Below are positions 11,299 through 20,474 of a stretch of DNA of 64,000 bases, one piece after another. The translations under genes and the position numbers were made by a program. Positions within the stretch are counted from its first letter, which is position 1, and each line of letters begins with the position of its first letter. The notes under the pieces are model-generated. The model worked only from the letters and a program-made list of their open reading frames with translations. It searched no databases and was not told the DNA's origin. The stretch spans positions 1,349,149 to 1,413,148 of the forward strand of contig OZ220688.1 in assembly GCA_965116445.1 (NCBI GenBank). The letters run 5' to 3'. The DNA comes from Thermoanaerobaculia bacterium (GTDB taxonomy: Bacteria; Acidobacteriota; Thermoanaerobaculia; Multivoradales; Multivoraceae).

Positions 11299-11985
11299 CT
11301 AGTAGAAGGGGTGATGGGCCGTCGCCGTTGCGGCGGCAATGTCCTGAACGGACTTCTGGATCGCCCGGCTCATCGCCTGACCGATCAGATCGAAGCCGCG
11401 GACCAGTTCGATCCGAGCCGCCGCGTTCCGCAGTTCCTGGGGGCTCAGGATGACCTGGAAGGCGTTCGAGGCGTCGGCCAGGCAGATCAGCGCCACGTCT
11501 CTCGGCGCCGGAATCCGGTCGCTCAGCAGGACGTCCAGGATCCGGAGCTTGACTTCGCGCTCCTCCCGGTCGTCCACCATCGGGTAGCGGCGGCTGCCGA
11601 ACACCCACAGGAAGTTCCGGTCCTCGACCCGGAGAATCCCCCGCTCCACGAGGCGCTTGAGCGCGGATTCCTGAATGTTCTTGCTCCGGGCCGAGAGTCT
11701 GACGACCCAGGTCCGGGGGTCCGCCTCGTCGTCGGCGCCGGCGATCTCGGCCAGCGGGCCGTCGAGGATCTGCTCGCCGACCGGTGTCGCATCGACGACG
11801 AGCATCTTCTGCAGGTCGCAGTCAAGCCGGCCGCGAAGCGCAAGATCCATCAGGATCGCGCCCGCGACGAGCAACTCCATCACGTTCGGCGCGACGCGCT
11901 TCATCGCGCCCGTGTCGTCGTCGAGAAGGAGCAGCAGAATCTCCTCGACGAACGTGAGATGGGGCTTCTCTGTCACTTCGTTCAA
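11299..11985 (-). CDS. GPP34/GOLPH3-family protein (bacterial homologue)
   Basis: Pattern LTFVEEILLLLLDDDTG ... LVAGAILMDLALRGRL ... ESALKRLVERGIL matches the GPP34 family. Confidence 0.55.
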   Translation of the reverse strand: MNEVTEKPHLTFVEEILLLLLDDDTGAMKRVAPNVMELLVAGAILMDLALRGRLDCDLQKMLVVDATPVGEQILDGPLAEIAGADDEADPRTWVVRLSARSKNIQESALKRLVERGILRVEDRNFLWVFGSRRYPMVDDREEREVKLRILDVLLSDRIPAPRDVALICLADASNAFQVILSPQELRNAAARIELVRGFDLIGQAMSRAIQKSVQDIAAATATAHHPFY

Positions 11986-12055
11986 GCCAGCCTTCCAGTC
12001 GAGTCACAAGCCGAGGAGACGGCTGCCGCGCATCCTACAATGCTCCCGGTTTCCC

Positions 12056-13903
12056 TCAGATTCCCGCCGTATCGACCTGCCCGGTCGGCTCCCGGACGTC
12101 GCTGCTCACGGTGACCGTGAGCACGTCCGTGTCGTGGTACTGCTGATGGTGCACCGAGGACGCATAGTGCCGCAGAAGCCGTAGCGAGAGCTCGTTCTCG
12201 ATGGGCGCCGGCGCTTCGGGCGCCATGAGGACCAGGCGGTCCTCGATGTTGCGCCCGCCCGGCGCGGCGATGAACTCGAGTTCGGCGGCCTGTCGGTCGA
12301 CGCGAGCCAGCAGAAGCAAGCGGCGCTTCGCCCCGGGGCCGCCTTCCTCGTCGCCGGCCAGCAGGCTGAGCAGGGCTTCCTCGCCCGCCGAAGACAGGCG
12401 TTCCGCGGCCTCGCCGCTCCAGCGCGCCCGCGTGGCCTGGGCGCCCAGGAAGCGACCGATCCCGGCGGCGGATGCGGAGTTCACGTCGGTCTCTAGCCGG
12501 CGGCGGCGCGGTCTGGTCGACTCGAGGAACGCGGTCAGCAGGATCGCGGTGAGCCCTCCCGCCGTCATGCCGTTGCTCAGGATGGACGCCGCCCATCCAG
12601 CGAGCTGGTCGCTGAAGATCAGGTCGTTCTCGAAACCGACGCCGATCCAGAACGAAACGCCGATAACCAGGGCCTTGCGGTAATCCAGGCCGCCATGGCC
12701 CGCGATCCGCGCGCCGAGCACGAACAGGACCGCGATCAGCACGAGCATGTAGGCGCCCGCCACCGGCCCGGGAATCGCGAGCACTACACTGAGCGCCTTC
12801 GGCAGGAAGGCCAGACCGATGAAGACGATGCCGATCCACATCCCGACCCGGCGCGACGCCACGCCGGTCAGCTCGGTCACCGAGATGCTGCTCGAGTAGG
12901 TCGTGTTCGGCACCGTTCCGGCGAGCCCCGAGAGCAGGTTGCCCAGGCCGTCCGCGGCGACCGCGCCCTGCACGGCCCGGTAGTCCGGGGCCCGCGGGGT
13001 CCTCCAGGACACCCGCTGGATCCCCACGGAATCGCCGATCGTCTCGATCGCCCCGATCATCGTGACGATCACGAAGCCCGGCAGCAGCGCCCAGAAGGCC
13101 GGGCCGAACGACAGGTCGAAGCCGGGCCAGCCGCTCCGGGGAGCGCCGAACCAGGCAGCGTCCGCAACCTGCCGGAAGTCGTAGAGCCCCAACGCGGCAG
13201 CAACGATCGAACCCGCCACGACGCCCGCCACCGGCGCCCAGAGACGGCCGATGCCCGTAGCCCGCAGTCCGAACGCCAACATGACCAGAATCGCGACGAC
13301 GAACGAGATCGGCCCGGCGGACGGCGCGGCGCCTTCGGGCGCCTGGGTCAGCATGTCGAAGACAATCGGCATCACGGAGACCGAGATCAGCATGATCACC
13401 GTGCCCATGACGGTCGTCGTGAACAGCCGGCGCAGCAGCAGCAGGCGCGACGACAGCAGGAACTGGAACAGTGAAGAGACGACGACGAGCTTCGCGAGAA
13501 GAAGCGGCCCGCCCTCGGCCAGAGCCGCGATGCACACCGCGATGAACGCCCCGGACGTGCCCATCAGCAGGGTGTAGCCGGCGCCGATCCGCCACAGCCG
13601 AACCGCCTGCAGGATCGTCGTCACGCCGCTGACGAAGATCGCAGCGAACACGGCCCATGCCAGGTACTCGTCGCTGCCTCCGGCCGCCCGGACGATGATC
13701 GCCGGCGTCAGCACGATGCCGGCGATGCACAGGGCCGCGTACTGCAGCCCCATCGTCGCCGCGAGCAGGGTCGGCGGCCGCTCGTCCGCCTCGTAGCGAA
13801 CGGCCGCGGACGAACCCGCCGGGCCGGCTGCCGTCACGAAGTCCGACCGTTCGAGGACGGACTCTCGGACTGGCCCTGGTAGAGCGCGGCGTCCGGCCGC
13901 CAC
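12056..13903 (-). CDS. NCS2 (xanthine/uracil/vitamin C permease) family transporter with an about 140-aa hydrophilic C-terminal extension
   Basis: TMGLQYAALCIAGIVLTPAII and IETIGDSVGIQRV ... ADGLGNLLSGLAGTVPNTTYSSSISVTELTGVASRRVG match NCS2 signatures. Multiple TM segments. The start is probably downstream of 13903, since the ORF overlaps the HMGL-like gene by 70 nt. Confidence 0.65.
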   Translation of the reverse strand: MAAGRRALPGPVRESVLERSDFVTAAGPAGSSAAVRYEADERPPTLLAATMGLQYAALCIAGIVLTPAIIVRAAGGSDEYLAWAVFAAIFVSGVTTILQAVRLWRIGAGYTLLMGTSGAFIAVCIAALAEGGPLLLAKLVVVSSLFQFLLSSRLLLLRRLFTTTVMGTVIMLISVSVMPIVFDMLTQAPEGAAPSAGPISFVVAILVMLAFGLRATGIGRLWAPVAGVVAGSIVAAALGLYDFRQVADAAWFGAPRSGWPGFDLSFGPAFWALLPGFVIVTMIGAIETIGDSVGIQRVSWRTPRAPDYRAVQGAVAADGLGNLLSGLAGTVPNTTYSSSISVTELTGVASRRVGMWIGIVFIGLAFLPKALSVVLAIPGPVAGAYMLVLIAVLFVLGARIAGHGGLDYRKALVIGVSFWIGVGFENDLIFSDQLAGWAASILSNGMTAGGLTAILLTAFLESTRPRRRRLETDVNSASAAGIGRFLGAQATRARWSGEAAERLSSAGEEALLSLLAGDEEGGPGAKRRLLLLARVDRQAAELEFIAAPGGRNIEDRLVLMAPEAPAPIENELSLRLLRHYASSVHHQQYHDTDVLTVTVSSDVREPTGQVDTAGI

Positions 13904-14958
13904 GGCGAGCGCTGCCCCTCGTAGACCGGCGACCCGTTGCGAAAGTGGGAAGCCTCCTCAAGCGTCTCGACGAAGGGCATCTGCCGCGGATAGAAGTCGC
14001 CCTCCGCGCGTGGCCGTGGCCCGGCCTTGGAGACGTGGCCCCAGAGCGGATGGCCGACTACCTCCTCGGCGATCCAGGCCGCCTCGATCAGCTTGTCCAG
14101 CCTGTAGCCCGTCTCGATTCCCAGTTCGTGGCAGAAGTCGACGAAGTCCTCCGTCGGCACATGGCCGGCCGCGCGTCCGTTGCCGCAGTAGGGGCATCCC
14201 CCCATGCCGCCAATCGACGTGTCGAACTCGCGCACGCCGAGCTTCAGCGCCTCGTAGTAGCTGGCCATCGAGGCGCCGCGGGTGTTGTGCAGGTGACAGT
14301 GAAAGTCCGTGATCTCCGGCCAGCGCTCCCGGATCGCGAGGATCGTCTCCCGCACGGTATGGGGCATGTTCCAGCCCATCGCCTCGATGATCGAGCAGCG
14401 GGTGACCCGGAAGCCGGCCTGCCGCCAGCGGTCGACCAGGAGCGCCAGCAGGTCCATCCGCTGCTCGAGCGTGAACGCCCCCTCGAAGTTCGAGCCGAAC
14501 GGATTGCCGATCGCCACCGCCCCCGTCTCGACCCCGCGGGCGCGGGCCTGCTCGATGACCGCCGGGATGCGCTCGATCTGCTGGGCCTGGGTCGCGTTGT
14601 AGTTCCGGCGGGCGAAGGTGTCGCAAAGCTCCACGTGAGTGCCGATCCGGCGCTGCCGTACGTCGAGCTTCGGGTACCAGCGGTCCGCGCGCTCGAATCC
14701 GATCCGGTTGAAGATCGCGGCCGTGTAGCGTACGCCCGGCCTGGGCACGAATCGCTCGGCGATCTCGTCGATGCAGGCCATCTGCGGCGTCCACTTCGGG
14801 TGCGCGTAGGACCCGATCGAGATCACCTTGGCACCGGTTTCGCCCAGCGCGTCGAGCAGCCGCAGCTTGTCCTCGACCGGGATGTCGGCGCTCTCGATCT
14901 GAAGCCCCTCCCTCATCGTGTCGTCCGTGATCGTCACGGACTTCGGAAACTGTCCCAT
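13834..14958 (-). CDS. HMG-CoA lyase-like / pyruvate carboxyltransferase (DRE-TIM metallolyase) family protein
   Basis: N-terminal VTITDDTMREGLQ plus FHCHLHNTRGASMASYYEALKLGVREFDTSIGGMGGCPY match HMGL-like TIM-barrel lyases. Confidence 0.75.
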   Translation of the reverse strand: MGQFPKSVTITDDTMREGLQIESADIPVEDKLRLLDALGETGAKVISIGSYAHPKWTPQMACIDEIAERFVPRPGVRYTAAIFNRIGFERADRWYPKLDVRQRRIGTHVELCDTFARRNYNATQAQQIERIPAVIEQARARGVETGAVAIGNPFGSNFEGAFTLEQRMDLLALLVDRWRQAGFRVTRCSIIEAMGWNMPHTVRETILAIRERWPEITDFHCHLHNTRGASMASYYEALKLGVREFDTSIGGMGGCPYCGNGRAAGHVPTEDFVDFCHELGIETGYRLDKLIEAAWIAEEVVGHPLWGHVSKAGPRPRAEGDFYPRQMPFVETLEEASHFRNGSPVYEGQRSPWRPDAALYQGQSESPSSNGRTS

Positions 14959-15122
14959 CGCCTGATTCCTCCGCCTCGTCTTCTGGTTGCCGGCGACCCG
15001 TCGTGCAGGGCAGGTACCTTATCGCCGCGCCATCGCCGCGCCCGGCGCCGGGACGGCGGCCGCGGATCGGTCGCGGATCGGTCGGCGCTCGGTCGGCGAT
15101 TCTCCTGTGGCAGGATCGAGCC

Positions 15123-16862
15123 GTGCGAGGACGCCTGCTCCCCTACCTCGTCCTCGCCGTCGCTGCGGCGGCCGTGCTGCTCCCCGGGATCGGGAGCCGC
15201 GACCTGTGGAATCCGGACGAGCCGCGCTACGCGGAGGTCGCGCGGGAGATGCTGCTCGAGCCGCGGAGCGTCGAACACTTCCTGGTGCCCCGCCTGAACG
15301 GCGAGCGGTACGACCACAAGCCGCCGCTCCACTTCTGGAACATTGCCCTGTTCGGGGCGCTGCGAGGCGGCGTCGACGAAGTGGCGGCCCGGGCGCCTTC
15401 GCTTCTCGCGGGCATCGGGTCGGTGCTCGTCGTGTTCGCGCTTGCCGGGCGGCTGTTCGACCGGAGGACCGCCTGGCTGGCGGCGCCGATCTTCCTGACC
15501 TCGGCGCTCGTCATGTGGAACGGCCGCGTCGGCCAGATCGACATGACGCTCACGTTCCTGGAACTGCTCGCGATCCTGTTCTGGGTCCGGGGCCGGGGCC
15601 GGCCCTGGGGCCCGGCGGCGGGTCAAGCGGCGCGCGCAACCGGCGACGTGCCGGCTTCCCGCACGGCGAATCTCCTGTTCTTCGCCTGTCTGGGCCTCGC
15701 CACCCTGGCCAAGGGGCCGGTCGGGCTGATCGTGCCGCTCCTCGCGGTCATCACGTACCTCGCCTTCGAGCGCGACCGGGCGGGCATCGCGGACCTCCGG
15801 ATGGGCACGGGCCTCCTGCTCTGGGCGGGCATCGTCCTCGCCTGGTTCGGGCCGGCGGTGTGGATGGCCGGCAGCTCCTACTTCGACGCGCTGATCCTCG
15901 ACCAGACCGTCTCGCGCTACGCCGAAGCGACCTACCATCCCCGCCCCTGGCACTACTACTTCCGGACCCTGCAAGGCACCTTCGCTCCCTGGACCCTGCT
16001 GGCCCCGGTCGCCATCTACGCCGCGGTCGCGCGCTTCTGGCGCAGAGCGGGAAGCCGCGAAGCGCAGGCCGTCCGCTTCCTTGTCATCTGGATTGCCAGC
16101 ACGTTCGTCTTCTTCAGCCTGTCCGGCGGCAAGCGAACGGTGTACCTGCTGGCCCTCGCGGCGCCGCTCGCCCTGCTTGTCGCCTGCGGCGTCCGCACGA
16201 TCCGGGAGAGCTGGCCGCGCTACCGCACGGCGTTCCTCGTCTCGGCTGCGACCGTGCCGCTCCTGTTCGGCGTCATCATGGCGGCGGCGCCGGTCGCGGC
16301 GCGAGATCTGCCGGACGGTTCGCTCCCGGAAGGCGCGATCGCGTCGCTCATCACGGTCGCCGCAATCCCCGCTCTCGCCGGCCTGGTCGGCCTGGTCCTC
16401 GCCGCGCGGCGGCGGCCGGACCTGCTGATAGCCTGCCTCGCAATCGGCCTCGGACTCGCCATGTCGGTGACCGCCGTGCGGTTGCTGCCGCTGGGCGACG
16501 CCTTCAAGTCGGCCCGCGGCCTCTCGGGCGACCTCGCCCTCTGGGCAAAGCCCGACGAGCCGTACGCGATCTACCCCGTTCCCGATGCCGCCTTCCTCTT
16601 CTACACCCGTCGCTTCGCGGTCGACCTCCATGGCGGGACCCTGGCCCACGACCAGGGAGACGAGCAGGCGCTCCGGCGCTATCTCGCCCGCACCGACCGC
16701 CCCGTCTGGCTGCTCATCGAACGGGACAACCTGGAAGCCCTCGAGCCTCCGCTCGACCTCGTCGAGGTCGCCCGCGACCACGATCCGCTGCAGGGTCACG
16801 TCCTGCTGACGACTCCCGAAGCGGCGGCCCGCGTCGCGACGTCCTCGAAGCCGAAGCGATGA
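15123..16862 (+). CDS. Glycosyltransferase family 39 / ArnT-PMT-like lipid-linked sugar transferase (multi-pass membrane)
   Basis: DLWNPDEPRYAEVAREML ... YDHKPPLHFW ... motifs of ArnT/PMT_2 family. About 12 TM segments. Start placed at GTG 15123, in frame within the longer track ORF. Confidence 0.7.
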   Translation: MRGRLLPYLVLAVAAAAVLLPGIGSRDLWNPDEPRYAEVAREMLLEPRSVEHFLVPRLNGERYDHKPPLHFWNIALFGALRGGVDEVAARAPSLLAGIGSVLVVFALAGRLFDRRTAWLAAPIFLTSALVMWNGRVGQIDMTLTFLELLAILFWVRGRGRPWGPAAGQAARATGDVPASRTANLLFFACLGLATLAKGPVGLIVPLLAVITYLAFERDRAGIADLRMGTGLLLWAGIVLAWFGPAVWMAGSSYFDALILDQTVSRYAEATYHPRPWHYYFRTLQGTFAPWTLLAPVAIYAAVARFWRRAGSREAQAVRFLVIWIASTFVFFSLSGGKRTVYLLALAAPLALLVACGVRTIRESWPRYRTAFLVSAATVPLLFGVIMAAAPVAARDLPDGSLPEGAIASLITVAAIPALAGLVGLVLAARRRPDLLIACLAIGLGLAMSVTAVRLLPLGDAFKSARGLSGDLALWAKPDEPYAIYPVPDAAFLFYTRRFAVDLHGGTLAHDQGDEQALRRYLARTDRPVWLLIERDNLEALEPPLDLVEVARDHDPLQGHVLLTTPEAAARVATSSKPKR

Positions 16863-17791
16863 CCGACAGGGAAAGCCTGCCTCTGACGCCGAAGCTCGCG
16901 TCGAACGAGGCGGCCCCCGGGCTGGTTTCCGGCCCGGCCGACGAACCGGCTGCGTCCCCGGCGATGTCCACGGCGCGGACCTCCGCGGCGGCCGCGCCCG
17001 GCGCGTCGACGGCCAGCGCCGCGGCCGCCGGGACGCCGCGACGGTTCGGACCCCTGAGCCGGCGACTCGCGGATCAGGGGCTGTTCCTGTTCAGGCATCG
17101 CGGCCTGTTCGTCGTCTTCCTGCTTCCCGCCGCGGTCCTCGCGGTACTCGAGCGCCGGTCGGCGGCGACGCCGGTGGACCCGGGACTCGGCTGGCTCGCC
17201 GTCTGCCTCGTCGTCTCCCTGTCCGGGCTGGCCGTGCGCTGGGCGGCCCTGGGTTCCGCGCCGCCGGGCGCCTCGACCCGGAGCCTGCGGGCGCCGAGCG
17301 CCAGCCGCCTGAACCTGACCGGCATGTACTCGCTGTGCCGGCACCCCGTCTACCTCGGCAACCTCTTCGTTCTGATCGGCTTCGCGCTGGCCGTGAAGTC
17401 CTGGTGGTTCGTCATCGTGGCGGCGCTCGTCTACTGGTTGCTCTACGAGCGGGTCATCGCCGCCGAGGAGCGGTTCCTCGACGAGCGTTTCGGCGTGATC
17501 CACCGCCGCTGGGCGGACCGCACGCCGACCTTCTGGCCACGGCCGGGACTGTGGCTGACCCCGGAGACCCGCTTCAGTTGGCGCACGATCGTCCTCCGGG
17601 AGTACAACTCGCCGCTGTTGATCGCCTCGATGTTCCTGTTCCTGCGAATGATCGACCAGGTCGTCGTCGGCGGGCTCGGGCCGGCCGCGTGGCTGAGGCA
17701 GGACGCCGGCCTCGTCGCTCCGGTTCTGGGACTGACCGTTCTCGTCTCCATCGCGCGGCAGGTGCGAAAGCGAGGCCATTCGGGGCACTAG
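16859..17791 (+). CDS. Isoprenylcysteine carboxyl methyltransferase (ICMT)/phospholipid methyltransferase-family membrane protein
   Basis: ATGA overlap with the GT39 stop. Motif NLTGMYSLCRHPVYLGNLFVLIGFALAV ... ERVIAAEERFLDERFG typical of ICMT/PEMT family. Confidence 0.7.
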   Translation: MTDRESLPLTPKLASNEAAPGLVSGPADEPAASPAMSTARTSAAAAPGASTASAAAAGTPRRFGPLSRRLADQGLFLFRHRGLFVVFLLPAAVLAVLERRSAATPVDPGLGWLAVCLVVSLSGLAVRWAALGSAPPGASTRSLRAPSASRLNLTGMYSLCRHPVYLGNLFVLIGFALAVKSWWFVIVAALVYWLLYERVIAAEERFLDERFGVIHRRWADRTPTFWPRPGLWLTPETRFSWRTIVLREYNSPLLIASMFLFLRMIDQVVVGGLGPAAWLRQDAGLVAPVLGLTVLVSIARQVRKRGHSGH

Positions 17792-17876
17792 AAGCCCGTC
17801 CTGAGGCGAAGAGCGTCAGAGGCGCCGGAATCGGCCCGCGAAGCGATTCGTTGCAGAATCGGAGAACGAGCCGCTG

Positions 17877-20438
17877 ATGAACGCCCGCACCAGGATCGCC
17901 TTCGCCCTCGCCACGTCGCTTCTCGCCGTGACGGCAGGCGGCCTGGCGTTCGCCGAAGAGACCAGGGTCGCCGAAGAGAGCAGGGCCACCGAACAGGGCG
18001 ATCCGGCCGGCGCCCAGGACGCGGGACCTTCGCGGCCGCTCGACGACCGCTTCGTTCGCTGGCTCGAACGCGTCCGACCGCTGATCAGCGACGAGGAACG
18101 GGCGTTCTTTGTGGACCTGCCCGAGGACTACCGGCGCGAGGCGTTCATCCAGGCCTTCTGGAAGGCGCGCGACCCGGACCCGAGGACGCCGCTCAACGAA
18201 CTCCAGGTGCTCTGGGAGGATCGCGTGGACGGCGCGCTCACCCAGTGGGGCACGCTCGAGGACGCGCGGGCCGTCTTCTACCTGCTGAACGGCCCGCCCG
18301 GTCGATTCACTCTGCCCGACGGGCGGACCGCCTCGGCCTGCCTGTCGCGGAACCGCGAACTGGAGATCTGGTTCTACGGCGGCAGCGACCGCACGCCGCG
18401 CCACTTCGTCGTCATCTTCCTCGCGGTCACTCGAAACCGTCCCTACGTGTTCTGGCACGAGGCCGCCGCGCGACGCCCGGCGTCACGGCGCGGCCTGCCC
18501 ACGACGAACATCGCCTTTCTCTGCGCCGAGGAATGGTTGCCGTGGGCGGCCCGGACGCTGCAGAACGACCTGGCCGGCACCTCCGTCATCGAGCACGTCG
18601 CAACGCCGCCCGAGCCGCCGGGAGAGTGGCTCGCCACCTTCGCTTCCTTCACGACCGAGGTTCCGGACACGGCCCCCCGCTTCGACGTCGAGACCCGGTG
18701 GGAGTTCCCGGGGCGCAACCAGACCCGGACCGTGACCCACGGTCTCGTCCTGGTCCCGACCGCGACCGCCGGCCGCAGGAGCTTCCAGGACCGCGAGTAC
18801 CACAGCTTCCAGGTGACCGGCGAGGTGATTCGCGAGGATCAACTGTTCGAGAACTTCCGGTACCGGTTCGAGCTGCCCGCCGACGAAGGCGAGGAAGCGG
18901 CCAACATCCCGCTCGTCTTCACGCGGTATCTGCGGCCGGGCGACGTCCAGGTCCGGCTCAAGATCGAGGACGTGTTCGGCGAGCGGTTCGCGATCGTCGA
19001 CGAGACGATCCCGGTGCCCAACCTGCAGGACGGCGAGTCGCTGCGCAAGAGCATCCTCGAGACCTTCCCCGCCCTGGCGGAAGCGAACGCGGCCGCGGCC
19101 CGCGGCGAGCGGCTGCTGCGCCTCGTGCCGCCGCGGGACGAACGGGTGCGGGTGGGGATGGTCCGCTTCTCGACCCACGCGATCGGAGACTTCGACGCGG
19201 TCGCCTTCTCGCTCGACGGCCGGGAGATCCTGCGCAAGCGCCGTCCCCCGTTCGACGTCGAACTGAACCTGGGATCGCATCCCACGGAGCACCGGGTGCG
19301 CGTCGACGGACTGAAGGACGGCGAGGTCGTCGCCTCGGACGAGATGTCCGTCAACCGCGGCGGCCAGCGCTTCCGCGCCCGGTTCATCGAGCCGCGCTCC
19401 GGCGAGCAGTTCCTCGAGAGCACGCGGGCCGCGATCGAGATCGCCACCCCCGACGGCGAGGAGATCGAGCGCCTGGAACTCTTCCTCGGTGAGGAACGGA
19501 TCGCCACCCTCTACCAGCCGCCGTGGGTGCAGCCGGTCGTCCTCGACGGACCGACCCTGACCTACCTGCGCGCCGCAGCCTTCCTCGCCGACGGCAGCAG
19601 CACCGAGGACGTCGTCTTCATCAACAGCCCGAATCCGATCGAACGGATCAACGTCCAGTACGTCGAGCTCTTCGCCAGCGTGGTGGACGACCGGGGACGG
19701 CCGGTCCCCGATCTGTCTGAGGACCGCTTCCGGATCACGGAAGACGGCGCGGCGCAGACGATCCGCCGCTTCGAGTGGGTGGACGACACGCCGTTCCACG
19801 CGGGTCTCCTGATCGACACGTCCGCTTCGATGGAGGACTCGATCGAGCAGGTCCAGACCGCGGCGCAGCGGTTCGTGGACAAGGCGCTCCAGCCCCAGGA
19901 CCGACTCTCGATCCTCACCTTCGCCAACCGCCCGCAGGTCGAGAGCCGCTTCACGAAGGACACCGGCATCCTCGCGCGGGCGCTGGCGGGTCTCGAAGCG
20001 ACGGGCACGACGGCCCTCTACGACAGCCTCGTCTACTCCCTGAGCTACTTCGACGGGATCAGCGGTCAGAAGGCGCTCCTGCTCCTGTCCGACGGCAAGG
20101 ACGAGAACAGCACGTTCTCCTTCGAGAGCGCGCTCGAGACCGCGCAGCGCTCGGGCGTGACGATCTACGCCATCGGCCTCAAGCGTGCGGCCAGGGACCG
20201 CAACACGCGGCGCGTCCTCGAGCGCATTGCCGAAGAGACCGGCGGGCAGGCCTTCCTGATCGAAGACGTGGATGAACTCGACGCGGTCTACGACCAGATC
20301 GAACGGGAACTCCGGAACCGCTACCTGCTGACCTACCAGTCGACCAGCAACAAGCCGGACAGCGACTTCCGGGTGATCCGGGTCGAGGTGGACCGCCGCG
20401 GCGCCGAAGTGCGAACGATGTCGGGGTACTACCCGTAG
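17877..20438 (+). CDS. GWxTD-domain protein with C-terminal von Willebrand factor A (VWA) domain, secreted
   Basis: Signal peptide. QWGTLEDARAVFYLLNGPP resembles the GWxTD motif. C-terminal LLIDTSASM ... TALYDSLVYSL ... ALLLLSDGKDENS ... TIYAIGL is a VWA/MIDAS domain. Confidence 0.7.
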   Translation: MNARTRIAFALATSLLAVTAGGLAFAEETRVAEESRATEQGDPAGAQDAGPSRPLDDRFVRWLERVRPLISDEERAFFVDLPEDYRREAFIQAFWKARDPDPRTPLNELQVLWEDRVDGALTQWGTLEDARAVFYLLNGPPGRFTLPDGRTASACLSRNRELEIWFYGGSDRTPRHFVVIFLAVTRNRPYVFWHEAAARRPASRRGLPTTNIAFLCAEEWLPWAARTLQNDLAGTSVIEHVATPPEPPGEWLATFASFTTEVPDTAPRFDVETRWEFPGRNQTRTVTHGLVLVPTATAGRRSFQDREYHSFQVTGEVIREDQLFENFRYRFELPADEGEEAANIPLVFTRYLRPGDVQVRLKIEDVFGERFAIVDETIPVPNLQDGESLRKSILETFPALAEANAAAARGERLLRLVPPRDERVRVGMVRFSTHAIGDFDAVAFSLDGREILRKRRPPFDVELNLGSHPTEHRVRVDGLKDGEVVASDEMSVNRGGQRFRARFIEPRSGEQFLESTRAAIEIATPDGEEIERLELFLGEERIATLYQPPWVQPVVLDGPTLTYLRAAAFLADGSSTEDVVFINSPNPIERINVQYVELFASVVDDRGRPVPDLSEDRFRITEDGAAQTIRRFEWVDDTPFHAGLLIDTSASMEDSIEQVQTAAQRFVDKALQPQDRLSILTFANRPQVESRFTKDTGILARALAGLEATGTTALYDSLVYSLSYFDGISGQKALLLLSDGKDENSTFSFESALETAQRSGVTIYAIGLKRAARDRNTRRVLERIAEETGGQAFLIEDVDELDAVYDQIERELRNRYLLTYQSTSNKPDSDFRVIRVEVDRRGAEVRTMSGYYP

Positions 20439-20474
20439 AGCTGGATCGCGCCAACGGCCGCCCGCGGGCGAGGG

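Noticed and set aside
14987-17791. 934-aa plus-strand ORF spanning the GT39 and methyltransferase genes in another frame
   Set aside because: Arg/Pro/Gly/Ala-rich translation typical of off-frame reading in 70 % GC DNA. The in-frame genes have clear family motifs, and only its last 311 codons (16859-17791) are real.
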